NCBI GenBank assembly: GCA_965220965.1
Contig: OZ244852.1
Location: forward strand, 576,001-640,000
Direction: 5' to 3'
DNA: 64,000 bases
From: Candidatus Marinacidobacterium sp.
Lineage (GTDB): Bacteria > Acidobacteriota > Vicinamibacteria > Marinacidobacterales > Marinacidobacteraceae
Positions within the stretch are counted from its first letter, which is position 1, and every line of letters begins with the position of its first letter. The notes beneath the pieces were generated by a model. That model was not told the DNA's origin, searched no databases, and saw only the letters and a program-made list of their open reading frames with translations. Below are positions 41,515 to 50,356 of this stretch, one piece after another. The translations under genes and the position numbers were made by a program.

Positions 41515-43604
41515 GTCCCGCGCTGGCGCGCCGGCGGCGCTGGCCCGGGAGCTTCGCTCTCGCTGCCGTCGCTCTCTGCGTCAGCCTGCCGGCGCTCGGC
41601 CTCGCCCGCGGCGCCCTCCAGAGCGGGTCGCTCGACCCGCTGGCCCTCGCCACCGAGCTGGGCGAGCTCCGGGAGGCCGCGTCGGATGCGGACGCCGCGC
41701 TCGGCGTCATCGCCCGCCTCACCGACATTCTGGAGCAGCTCGACGCCCGGCGGGACGCCGCCGGACAGCTTCCGGAGACCGAGCGAGAGCTCCATCTCCG
41801 GGCCCTCGAGTACCGGGCCCGCGCCTACGTGACCCGGGGGTCGTCGCCAGCAGCGTCGGACGATCTGCGCCTGCTGGTTCTCGCCGACCCGACGCGGCGG
41901 CTGGACATCGTCGGCCTGAGCCCCGCGGTGCTGGATCTCTTCGAGGCGCAGCGGACCGCGCTGCTGGCGCATCTGAGCGTCTTCACCGAGCCCCCGGGCG
42001 CGACGGTCCTGGTCGGGGCCGAGCCGGTGGGAACGACCCCGCTGGTCGGCCACCCCGTGTTCGCCGGGCGGGTCCGGATCCGCGCCGAGCGGGCGGGATA
42101 CGCGCCAGTGGACGAGGGGCCGCGCGACATCCTCCCCGGAGACATCCTTTCGATCGAGCGCGAGCTGGTGCGCACCGGGCCGGTGCTCCCGGTCGTCACC
42201 TCTCCGGCCGGCGTCACCGTCCGGGTGGGCGGCCGGGTCGTCGGAGTCACCGGGGGCGAACTCCCCGAGGAGCTTCGCCCCCTCGTGCCGCCCCGGTTCG
42301 CGCGAGACGAGTTTTCCGCGCCGCTCGATCTCGGCGACCTCGCGGCCGGTCCGAACGAGATCACGCTCGAGGCGCCCTGCCGACGTCCGGCGCGGTTCGT
42401 CTTCCACGCCGACGAGGCTCGCGACTACCTCCCCCGTTTCGTGCGCCTCGGCCCCTCCACCGGCGGGCTGCGCATCGAGAGCGATCCCGGCGGCGGCGTG
42501 GTCTTCCTGGACGGGGAGGAGCAGGGCGCGACTCCGCTCTCGTTCTCGGCGATGTGCTCCGGACCCCATGTCGTGGAGATCCGCCACCCGGCTGGCCGGT
42601 GCTCCCGGTCCTTCGACGTCACGCGGGGATCGCGAACGGCGGTGCGATGCGAAGTGCGCCCGGTCGTCGTGGTGGAGCACGCGGGGCCGGGGACGGTCCC
42701 CGAACTTGACGAGGCGCTCCGCAGCGTCCTCGCCTCGGATGAGCGGTTCTTCCTGCTGGAGGAGCCTGATCCCGGGGACCGGGTTCAGGTGCGCGTCCGC
42801 GTCGAGGTTCCCGAGCCCGGCGGCGGTTCGGCCCGGATCGGCCTTCTGGCGGACGGTTCGTCGCAGCCGGACTCGGAGACTTTCGATCGGTTCTCGCCCG
42901 ACAGCGCGGTGTCGGCCTTGCGCGGGCTGCTGGAGGCGCCGGAGCGGCGGCGGGCCTGGGCCGGATTCAGCGCCGCGGTGCGCCGGATCCATGGAGCCGA
43001 TGGCGAGCGTCGCCGGACGCTCGAGGTGACGGGCCTTCATCCCGGCGGTCCGGCGGCCCTCGCCGGCGTCGAACCCGGAGACGAAGTCCTCGAGGTTCAG
43101 GGGGGCCCGGTGCGCGATGAGCTGGGCCTGCTGCGAGGCGTCAGAACCGTCCCGGCGGACGCGACGCTCGATCTGCTGGTGCGCCGGGAGGGCGCGGACC
43201 GGCTCCTCCACCTGGTGCTCGACGAGACTCCGGTTCTGCCCGATGGCGGCGCCGCCCACTGCAACCGGCGCCTCATCGCGCTCGAGGCGGAGTTCGCCCG
43301 CGGCGTCGATGACCCCACCCGACGCCTCGAAGCGGCGGTCTGCTGGATCCTCCTCGGCGAACCGGCGCGGGCGATGCAGGACCATCTGGCCGGTCTGGAT
43401 TCGGAGACGACCCTGTCGGAGGCGGGCGTCGGGCGAGGGACCGTGCTGTTCCAGCAGGGGGTCGCGTTCGCCGCGCTCGGTGACGCGGCGCGCGCGGTGG
43501 GAGCCTTCGAGGCGGCGGCGGCGGTTCCGGGCGCGACGCTGGTCACGCACGACGGGCCGGTCCTGGCGCCGCTGGCGCTTCGCCGGGCGGAGCGGACGCG
43601 CTGA
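41511..43604 (+). CDS. Exported protein with PEGA domains, a PDZ domain and TPR-like helices
   Basis: LSVFTEPPGATVLVG..VGTTP, VVTSPAGVTVRVGG, LRIESDPGGGVVFLDG..QGATP; PDZ GGPAALAGVEPGDEVLEVQG; ATGA overlap with the upstream gene. Confidence 0.8.
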   Translation: MSPALARRRRWPGSFALAAVALCVSLPALGLARGALQSGSLDPLALATELGELREAASDADAALGVIARLTDILEQLDARRDAAGQLPETERELHLRALEYRARAYVTRGSSPAASDDLRLLVLADPTRRLDIVGLSPAVLDLFEAQRTALLAHLSVFTEPPGATVLVGAEPVGTTPLVGHPVFAGRVRIRAERAGYAPVDEGPRDILPGDILSIERELVRTGPVLPVVTSPAGVTVRVGGRVVGVTGGELPEELRPLVPPRFARDEFSAPLDLGDLAAGPNEITLEAPCRRPARFVFHADEARDYLPRFVRLGPSTGGLRIESDPGGGVVFLDGEEQGATPLSFSAMCSGPHVVEIRHPAGRCSRSFDVTRGSRTAVRCEVRPVVVVEHAGPGTVPELDEALRSVLASDERFFLLEEPDPGDRVQVRVRVEVPEPGGGSARIGLLADGSSQPDSETFDRFSPDSAVSALRGLLEAPERRRAWAGFSAAVRRIHGADGERRRTLEVTGLHPGGPAALAGVEPGDEVLEVQGGPVRDELGLLRGVRTVPADATLDLLVRREGADRLLHLVLDETPVLPDGGAAHCNRRLIALEAEFARGVDDPTRRLEAAVCWILLGEPARAMQDHLAGLDSETTLSEAGVGRGTVLFQQGVAFAALGDAARAVGAFEAAAAVPGATLVTHDGPVLAPLALRRAERTR

Positions 43605-43608
43605 GCCG

Positions 43609-44274
43609 GTGCTCGCCGCCTCGCCTGATGTCGCCGAGGCCGGGGGAGACGAGGCGCCAGGATCCCGCCAGCGCAGCCGGCCGGGGCCCGGGCGCGCGGC
43701 GCCGCAGTACCGGCTGGTCGTGGACACCGCTCCCTCGGGCGCGAGGGTGGGAGATCGCCGGACCCCGCCGGCGTCCTACGCCATCGAGGCGCGGGAGACC
43801 CTCATAGGACGCGATCCGGTCTGCGCCATCCGGCTGGACGACGTCTTCGTGAGCCGGCGTCACGCGCGGCTCCTGCTCCGCGACCATGAGCTCCATCTCG
43901 AGGATCTGGAGAGCGCGAACGGGACCCGCCGGAACGGCGACCTGGTCGAGACCCGGGTCCAGGTCCGCCCGGGGGACATTCTGGAATTCGGCCCCTCGCT
44001 CTGCCGGCTGGAGTCCGGCGAGGTGAAACCGGGCGCTGAAGTCGAGGTTTCCGGGACGCCGGACGAAGTCCGGGCGCCGGTAGCGGCCCCGGTCGAGGAG
44101 ACGGGAGCCGCCGCGTCCGCGTCCGAACCCGGGCCCGCCGCCCGGGACGACCCGCCGGATTACGAGATCGTGGGGCCGCTGCCCGGAGAGCCGCGACGGA
44201 CCCGCCTGCTGGCGCTCGCCTGGGCGGGGGCGGTCGCGGCCGCTCTGGTGGTCGTCATGCTGGGGCTCCGTTGA
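43609..44274 (+). CDS. FHA-domain protein with C-terminal membrane anchor
   Basis: LIGRDP.C.IRLDD.FVSRRHA...LEDLESANGTRRNG...PGDILEFG; C-terminal hydrophobic helix. Confidence 0.85.
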   Translation: MLAASPDVAEAGGDEAPGSRQRSRPGPGRAAPQYRLVVDTAPSGARVGDRRTPPASYAIEARETLIGRDPVCAIRLDDVFVSRRHARLLLRDHELHLEDLESANGTRRNGDLVETRVQVRPGDILEFGPSLCRLESGEVKPGAEVEVSGTPDEVRAPVAAPVEETGAAASASEPGPAARDDPPDYEIVGPLPGEPRRTRLLALAWAGAVAAALVVVMLGLR

Positions 44275-45200
44275 CGGCCCCGGTCATGCGGCCTCCGGCC
44301 GTCGTTCCGCCGGCTGGCCTCGGAGTCTTCGCCCCCGCCAGCCCGGTCCGCGCGGAATACCTGGAGGCGGGGGAGCGGGCGCTCGCGGAGCTCGGGTTCC
44401 GCGTGCGCCGGGCGCCCGCGCTGTTCGAGCGCGGTGACTACACCGCCGGAACCCCGGAGCAGCGCGCCGGCGATTTTCTGACGCTCCTCGACGACGAGGA
44501 GGTCGCGGCGCTGTTCTGCGCTCGCGGCGGCTACGGGAGCCTCGACCTCCTCGAGCGGATTCCTCCTGGCCGCCTCCGGGAGCGGCCGAAGGCGCTGCTG
44601 GGGGCGAGCGACGCGACCGCGCTCCACGCGCTGGCCGCGAGGGCGGGGATCGTCTCGTTTCACGGCCCGATGGTGGCGCAGCAGATGGCCCGGGGCGCCG
44701 AGGCCTGGGACAGCGGCGAGCTGCTCGGCCTGCTTTCGGCCACGTCGCCCGGCTTCCGGCTCGCGTGGCGCGCCGCCGAGCCGCTGCATGGCGGAAGCGC
44801 CGAGGGAGCGCTTCGCGGCGGCTGCCTCTCGCTGGTCGCCGCGCTCGTCGGCGGCCCCTGCGAGCTTCGGTTCGAGGGCGCGATCGCGGTTCTCGAGGAC
44901 ATCGGAGTCAAGCCGTACCAGATCGAGCGGATGTTCACCCAGCTTCGCCAGGCGGGCGCGTTCCGTGGCGTGCGGGGCTTCGTGTTCGGGGAGATGCCGG
45001 GCTGCGTTCAGCACCCCGACCAGGGATACACGACCGCGGATCTGTTGCGCCGGCTCACGGCGCCGTTCGGGGTTCCGGCGGTCATGGGCTTCGCGACCGG
45101 ACACACGACGCCGGGTTCGGCCTGCCGGACGCTTCCCTTCGGGGTGGGGGCGCGCATGGACGACTCCGGCGTCACGCTGCTCGAGGCGCCGGTCCGGTGA
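44271..45200 (+). CDS. ldcA: LD-carboxypeptidase (peptidase S66)
   Basis: FAPAS, CARGGYG, LGASDAT (catalytic Ser), HGPM, GGCL, LEDI (Glu), GH (His). Confidence 0.88.
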   Translation: MTAPVMRPPAVVPPAGLGVFAPASPVRAEYLEAGERALAELGFRVRRAPALFERGDYTAGTPEQRAGDFLTLLDDEEVAALFCARGGYGSLDLLERIPPGRLRERPKALLGASDATALHALAARAGIVSFHGPMVAQQMARGAEAWDSGELLGLLSATSPGFRLAWRAAEPLHGGSAEGALRGGCLSLVAALVGGPCELRFEGAIAVLEDIGVKPYQIERMFTQLRQAGAFRGVRGFVFGEMPGCVQHPDQGYTTADLLRRLTAPFGVPAVMGFATGHTTPGSACRTLPFGVGARMDDSGVTLLEAPVR

Positions 45201-46651
45201 TCCGGGGGCTGAAGCCGGGGGACCCGCTTCACCTGCTCGCGGTCGCCGGGACCGCGATGGCGTCGCTGGCGGGTCTGCTGGCCCGCCTCGGCTACCGGGT
45301 CACCGGATCCGACGAGGGCGCCTATCCCCCGATGTCCACCGTCCTCGAACGCGAGGGCATTCCGGTGGCCTCGCCGTATGGCGCGGGGAACCTGCCGGAG
45401 TCGTGCGCCGCCGTCGTCGTGGGGAACGCGGTCTCCCGCGGAAACCCCGAACTCGAGGCGGCCCTCGACCGGCGGCTGCCGCTCGTTTCGATGCCGGAGA
45501 CGCTTCGTGAACTCGTGCTGCGCGACCGGCGGCCGGTGGTGGTCGCCGGAACGCACGGGAAGACCACGACGACCTCGCTCCTCTCCTGGATCCTCCACGT
45601 CGCCGGCTCGGGCGCCGGGTTCCTGGTGGGGGGCCTTCCCGAAGACCTCGGGACCAGCTTCCGGCTCGGCGCCGAGGGACAGCCCTTCGTCGTCGAGGGC
45701 GACGAATACGACAGCGCCTACTGGGACAAGGGGCCGAAGTTCCTCCACTATCTCCCCGAAATCGCCATCGTCGGCAACGTGGAGTTCGACCACGCCGACA
45801 TCTACCCCGACTTCGCGGCGGTGCGGCGCGCGTTTTCCTTCCTCGCGCGTCTCCCTCCGCGGGGCGGCCTGCTGCTGCTGGGCGCCGACTCGCCCGCCGC
45901 GCTCGAGCTCCGGCGCCACGCGCACACCGACGTGCTCACTTTCGGCGTTCCGGGCGGCGACGCGGTCGACTGGGTGGGGGTTCCGGCGGCCTCGGGTTCC
46001 GGCGGAACCCGGCTGCAGGTCACGTTCCGTGGAGACGCCCGCCCGATGCTCGAGGGACGCTTCTGGGGCGCCGCCGCCTGCCGCAACGTGCTCGCCGCGG
46101 CCGCAGTCGCGGAACGGCTCGGGGTCGCATGGGACGCGGTGCGCGAGGCGGTCCGGAGCTTCCGCGGCGTGGCGCGCCGGCTGGAAGTCGTGGGTCAGAC
46201 GCCGGACGGCGGCGTGACGGTGGCGCGTGACTTCGCGCATCACCCCACGGCGGCCGTCGCGGCGCTGGAGGCGGCCCGCCGCCGCTGGGGCTCGGCCCGG
46301 CTGGTCGTGGCGTTCGAGCCGCGCTCTTTCACCTCCCGCACCGCGGTCTTCCAGAGCGAGTATGCGCGGGCGTTCGCCGCCGCCGACGAGGTGCTGCTCG
46401 CCGCCCCCGGGTCGCGCGGGCGCCGGCCCCCGGGGGGCGCCCTCGACCTCGAACGGCTGGCCCGCGATCTCGGCGAGTCAGGGGTCGCCGCCGAGGTCGC
46501 GACGGATCATCGCCGCCTGGTGAGCGCCGCCACCGAGCGCGCCAGGGGCGAGGCGCCGACCGTGCTGCTGTTCCTCTCGAACGGTAGCTTCGGCGGCGTC
46601 CCCGAAGCGGCCGCCGAAGCGCTCGGCGCGCCGCGTCCCGCCGCGGACTGA
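45197..46651 (+). CDS. mpl: UDP-MurNAc:L-Ala-gamma-D-Glu-mDAP ligase (murein peptide ligase)
   Basis: AGTAMASLA, GSD..YPPMST, VGNAVSRGNPE, VAGTHGKTTT, EGDEYDSA, EFDHADIY, DFAHHPTA, FEPRS, SNGSFGG. Confidence 0.92.
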   Translation: MIRGLKPGDPLHLLAVAGTAMASLAGLLARLGYRVTGSDEGAYPPMSTVLEREGIPVASPYGAGNLPESCAAVVVGNAVSRGNPELEAALDRRLPLVSMPETLRELVLRDRRPVVVAGTHGKTTTTSLLSWILHVAGSGAGFLVGGLPEDLGTSFRLGAEGQPFVVEGDEYDSAYWDKGPKFLHYLPEIAIVGNVEFDHADIYPDFAAVRRAFSFLARLPPRGGLLLLGADSPAALELRRHAHTDVLTFGVPGGDAVDWVGVPAASGSGGTRLQVTFRGDARPMLEGRFWGAAACRNVLAAAAVAERLGVAWDAVREAVRSFRGVARRLEVVGQTPDGGVTVARDFAHHPTAAVAALEAARRRWGSARLVVAFEPRSFTSRTAVFQSEYARAFAAADEVLLAAPGSRGRRPPGGALDLERLARDLGESGVAAEVATDHRRLVSAATERARGEAPTVLLFLSNGSFGGVPEAAAEALGAPRPAAD

Positions 46652-46687
46652 GCCGCCGGGGACGGCCCCGGCGCCTTCCCGGTTTCC

Positions 46688-48328
46688 CTACCGACGAACG
46701 ATGTGCGGCAGGAGCGTCTCCTCATCCAGGTCCGCCCGCCGCGCGATCCGGGGCGTGATCGTCAGGATGATGTCCGACTCCAGCGAATCGTCCTCGTTGT
46801 TCGCAAACAGTCGTCCCAGGATCGGCAGATCGGCGATCCCCGGCAGCCCCGTCAGTTTCGTCCGCTCCTCCTGCCGGATGAGGCCGGCGATCAGGCTGGT
46901 CTCCCCGTTGCGGAGGCGCAGGGTGGTTTCGACGTTCCGGTTCCCGAAGGTGGGAAGACCCGAGTAGCCCGTCCCGGACACGTTATCCAGCCGGACCTTC
47001 ACGTCGAGCGTCACGGTGTCGTCGTGGTGGATCCGGGGGATGAGCTCGATGCTGACGCCGACGTTTTCGTATTCGAACGTCGTGGTGGGTTGCTGGGCGA
47101 TCCCGCCGGTGGCGATCGGCGCGAACGTCGTCACCGGGACCGGCACCCGTTCTCCGAAGTCCGCAGTGGCGGTCTTGCCGTCGGAGGCCCGCAACTGGGG
47201 ATTGGCGAGCACGTGGGTGTCGGTGTCGGTCCGGACCAGCCGCAGGATCGCCCCCGGAAGCCCGGCGATCCGGAGGTTCGACCCGCGGTAGGGGTTGTAG
47301 AGCAGCGTGTCCAGCGTGGGGTTCACTGACGTCGCGATCCCCTCGGACTCTCCGGACACGAAGGGGATCCCGTACTGCTGGAGCCGGGAGCGGTTGACCT
47401 CCATGAGCTCCACATCCACGAGCACCTCGCCCGGACTGCGGTCGAGGGACCGGACGATCCGGGCGGCCGCCTGGATCTGTTCGCGCGTGTCCACGATGGT
47501 GATCGAGTTCGTCCCGGGGTGCGCGGCGATCTGGCGGAGCCCGAGCACGATCCGGAGCGCGTCGGTCGTTTCGGTCAGGTCCGCGGTCGAGAGGTAGAAC
47601 GTCTGGGCGATCGCATCCTCGTAGCGCGCGCGTTTGTCCGGCGTGTCGGGGACGATCGTGATCAGATCCGGACTCTCGACCCGGAAGAAGTGGCCGGTCG
47701 TTTCGGTCACGCTCCGGAGCGCGTCCTCGAACGTGGAGTCCTCGGCCTCGACCGAGATCGCGCGGTCCCGGAAGTCCTCGTCGAAGGCGAGGTTGACCCC
47801 GCCAATCTCCGCGAGTGTCAGGAGCACATCCCGGAGGCTGGCGTCGCGGAAGACGAACCGCGCCGGCGCCCTGGCGCCCTCGAGCACATCGAGCCCGAGC
47901 GGGCGGCCGAGAGCCTCCTCCTTGAGTCCGGCCAGCGTCTGGCGGCGCGCATCGGCCTCGTGAGCTTCCGCGGCCTGGGTGATCTCGAGCAGGCGCTCCT
48001 GGTAGACCGCCTCCTCGGGAGCGAAGAGCACCGCGGTCCGCAGTTCGTCCTCTGCGCCTCGCCAGTCGAGCGCGGCGGCGCGTCTTTCGGCTTCCGCGGC
48101 GTGGGCCTCGGCGGCGCGGAGCTTGGCCCGCGTCAAGGACAGCTCAGTCTCCGGTCCGGCCCCTTCCTCGGCCGCGGCGCGGGCGTAGTGGGCCACCGCG
48201 TCGTCGTAGCGGCCCATCCGCTCGGCCGCCTCGCCGGCGGCGAAATGGCGGCTTCCGGCGCAGGCGCCAAGGAACAGCAGCGCCAGAGCAGCCGCGGCGG
48301 GCAGGCGGGCCGGCATGCGGGGGGTCAC
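46688..48328 (-). CDS. Type II/III secretion-family secretin (GspD-like) with lipoprotein signal and TPR N-terminus
   Basis: LFLGAC lipobox; TFYLS, EVLVDVELMEV, VLANPQLRASDG, GERVPV, YENVG, PRIH, LRNGETSLIAGL, PILGRLF, ILTITPRI. Confidence 0.88.
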   Translation of the reverse strand: MTPRMPARLPAAAALALLFLGACAGSRHFAAGEAAERMGRYDDAVAHYARAAAEEGAGPETELSLTRAKLRAAEAHAAEAERRAAALDWRGAEDELRTAVLFAPEEAVYQERLLEITQAAEAHEADARRQTLAGLKEEALGRPLGLDVLEGARAPARFVFRDASLRDVLLTLAEIGGVNLAFDEDFRDRAISVEAEDSTFEDALRSVTETTGHFFRVESPDLITIVPDTPDKRARYEDAIAQTFYLSTADLTETTDALRIVLGLRQIAAHPGTNSITIVDTREQIQAAARIVRSLDRSPGEVLVDVELMEVNRSRLQQYGIPFVSGESEGIATSVNPTLDTLLYNPYRGSNLRIAGLPGAILRLVRTDTDTHVLANPQLRASDGKTATADFGERVPVPVTTFAPIATGGIAQQPTTTFEYENVGVSIELIPRIHHDDTVTLDVKVRLDNVSGTGYSGLPTFGNRNVETTLRLRNGETSLIAGLIRQEERTKLTGLPGIADLPILGRLFANNEDDSLESDIILTITPRIARRADLDEETLLPHIVRR

Positions 48329-49074
48329 GGGCGGAACTCCGAAGCGGTCACGATGTCGGTCCCGGGCGGGATCGTGAACCGGAACAGCTCTTCCGGCGGG
48401 GTCTCTCCGGCGGTGAAGTCCGAGAACCGGAACTCGGTCCGGTTCCCCTCCGGGTCTTCCGAGGCGAAGGCGTGGATGCGGCCGGTGGCCTCATCCACCT
48501 CGAGGCGGAGCGACACGATCTCTCCCGGTTCGCGCGGGGTCAACTGGAGCGCCGTGAGCGCCGCGTCGACCCCGGTGGTCCCGGCGAGGAAGACGTCGAA
48601 ATGGTCGAGGATCGCCGCTTCTCCGGTGAGGAAACGGAGCGGGTTCACCGCGCCCCGGCTCTCTCCGGCGTCCGATCCGGCTGAACCCGTCCCGTCGAGG
48701 GACCCGACGACGACCTGCTGGTCCGCGGGCACGTGGAACCAGGTGTTCGCGCCATCCGTGACGAAGAGCTTGGGCTCCGGGTTCCGGTACTCCCAGCGCA
48801 TCCGGCCGGGATTGAGCACGGTGAGCTGGCCGGTCTCGACCCGCTCGCGTCCGAAGATCCGGGGCGTGAAGCGCTGCTCGAAGCTGGCGCTGAAGTGGGG
48901 GAGCGAGCGGTGGTGGTCCTCGATCCTGCGGATCAGCTCCGCGACGCGCGCCGGGGTCTGCCCGGACGGCGCGGCGGCGAGCGGCGCGGCGAGGGCCACG
49001 GCGCTGACCAGGAGCAGCAGGGAACGAACCCTCCGGGAACGGAGGAAGGCGGGGAGGATGGCGGCAACTCTCAA
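48325..49074 (-). CDS. lolA: Outer-membrane lipoprotein carrier protein LolA
   Basis: FSASFEQ, PGRMRWEY, LFVTDGANTWFHVP..QQV, GNRTEFRF, FRFTIPPGTDIV; TTG start inferred. Confidence 0.85.
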   Translation of the reverse strand: MRVAAILPAFLRSRRVRSLLLLVSAVALAAPLAAAPSGQTPARVAELIRRIEDHHRSLPHFSASFEQRFTPRIFGRERVETGQLTVLNPGRMRWEYRNPEPKLFVTDGANTWFHVPADQQVVVGSLDGTGSAGSDAGESRGAVNPLRFLTGEAAILDHFDVFLAGTTGVDAALTALQLTPREPGEIVSLRLEVDEATGRIHAFASEDPEGNRTEFRFSDFTAGETPPEELFRFTIPPGTDIVTASEFRP

Positions 49075-49119
49075 GCTCGGCGCCTCCACGGCCCGACGGG
49101 CGGGCGTTGTTTCCGGCAG

Positions 49120-49196
49120 TGGTGGACGGCACGGGGATCGAACCCGTGACCTCGGCATTGCGAACGCCGCGCTCTCCCTGGCTGAGCTAGCCGCCC
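49120..49196 (-). tRNA. tRNA-Ala(CGC)
   Basis: GGGCGGCTAGCTCAGCCAGGGAGAGCGCGGCGTTCGCAATGCCGAGGTCACGGGTTCGATCCCCGTGCCGTCCACCA: cloverleaf, anticodon CGC, G3:U70 pair, encoded CCA. Confidence 0.96.
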
Positions 49197-49213
49197 CCGC
49201 TACCGGTCGTTCA

Positions 49214-49222
49214 ATCTTAGCA
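49214..49222 (-). promoter_or_regulatory. Extended -10 TGCTAAGAT for tRNA-Ala, overlapping the aroC stop codon
   Basis: TG-n-TAnnnT 17 nt upstream of the tRNA 5' end. Confidence 0.55.
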
Positions 49223-50356
49223 ACCCGTTGATTTCGCTGCCGGTGCGTCCCGGCGAAGCCCGGAGCCGGTCCTGCTCTCTCGCAGCGCGGCCTGTCGCAG
49301 CGCATGGTCCGCGAGGACCAGGCACGCCATCGCTTCCACGATCGGGACCGCCCGCGGCAGCACGCACGGGTCGTGTCGACCGCGCCCGGCCAGGGTCACC
49401 GGCTTCCCGGCGGCGTCGACGGTGGACTGGGGCTTCGCGATCGTCGAGGTCGGCTTGAACGCCACCCGGAACACCACCGGCATTCCGGTGGAGATCCCCC
49501 CAAGCACCCCGCCGGCGTGGTTCGTCGTCGTCACGACGCGGCCCCCCTCGACGGCGAACTGGTCGTTGTGCTCGCTGCCGGTCATGCGCGTTCCGGAGAA
49601 GCCGCTGCCGACTTCGAATCCCTTCGAAGCGTTGATCGAGAGCATCGCCTTCGCCAGGTCCGCCTCCAGCTTGTCGAAGACCGGCTCTCCCAGTCCGGGC
49701 GGGACGCCGACCGCCCGGCACTCGATCACGCCGCCGACCGAGTCCCCCTCCTTGCGGACCCGCGTGATCAGCTCTTCCATCCGCGCCGCGGCGTCCGGGT
49801 CGGGGCAGCGCGTGGGGGTGGCGTCCACCGCCTCGCGGGTCACGACGTCCGGAATCGCCTCGGCCTCGATCTCGTGGACGCGCCGCACCCAGGCGACGCA
49901 GTCGGCGCCATACCGTTCGGCGAGGAAGGCGCGGGCCACCGCCCCGGCGGCGACGTGGGCGACGGTGACCCGGGCCGAGGAGCGGCCCCCGCCGCTCGGA
50001 TCCCGGCGGCCGTACTTGGCGTCGAGCGTGAAGTCGGCGTGGCCCGGGCGGAACGCGGTTCCGAAGGCCTGGTAGTCCGCCGGTCGGGCGTCCCGGTTCC
50101 GGACCGACATCGCGATCGGGTGCCCCGTCGTTCGTCCCTCGTGGAGCCCGGACTCGATCCGGACCCGGTCCTCTTCGCGCCGCGGCGAGGTGAGCGCGCT
50201 CTGACCCGGCCGCCGGCGGTCGAGGTCCCGCTGGACATCGTCGGCGCTGAGCGGCAGGCCGGGAGGGCACCCGTCCACCACGACTCCGATCCCGGGTCCG
50301 TGCGACTCGCCCCACGCGGTCACCCGGAAGAGCCGTCCGAAGGAGCTACCCGCCAT
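49217..50356 (-). CDS. aroC: Chorismate synthase
   Basis: [62 protein letters not shown]. Confidence 0.97.
   Translation of the reverse strand: MAGSSFGRLFRVTAWGESHGPGIGVVVDGCPPGLPLSADDVQRDLDRRRPGQSALTSPRREEDRVRIESGLHEGRTTGHPIAMSVRNRDARPADYQAFGTAFRPGHADFTLDAKYGRRDPSGGGRSSARVTVAHVAAGAVARAFLAERYGADCVAWVRRVHEIEAEAIPDVVTREAVDATPTRCPDPDAAARMEELITRVRKEGDSVGGVIECRAVGVPPGLGEPVFDKLEADLAKAMLSINASKGFEVGSGFSGTRMTGSEHNDQFAVEGGRVVTTTNHAGGVLGGISTGMPVVFRVAFKPTSTIAKPQSTVDAAGKPVTLAGRGRHDPCVLPRAVPIVEAMACLVLADHALRQAALRESRTGSGLRRDAPAAKSTGC

Noticed and set aside
49120-49196. tRNA-Ala as an island integration site
   Set aside because: Flanked directly by core genes (aroC, lolA); I saw no integrase or duplicated tRNA 3' end
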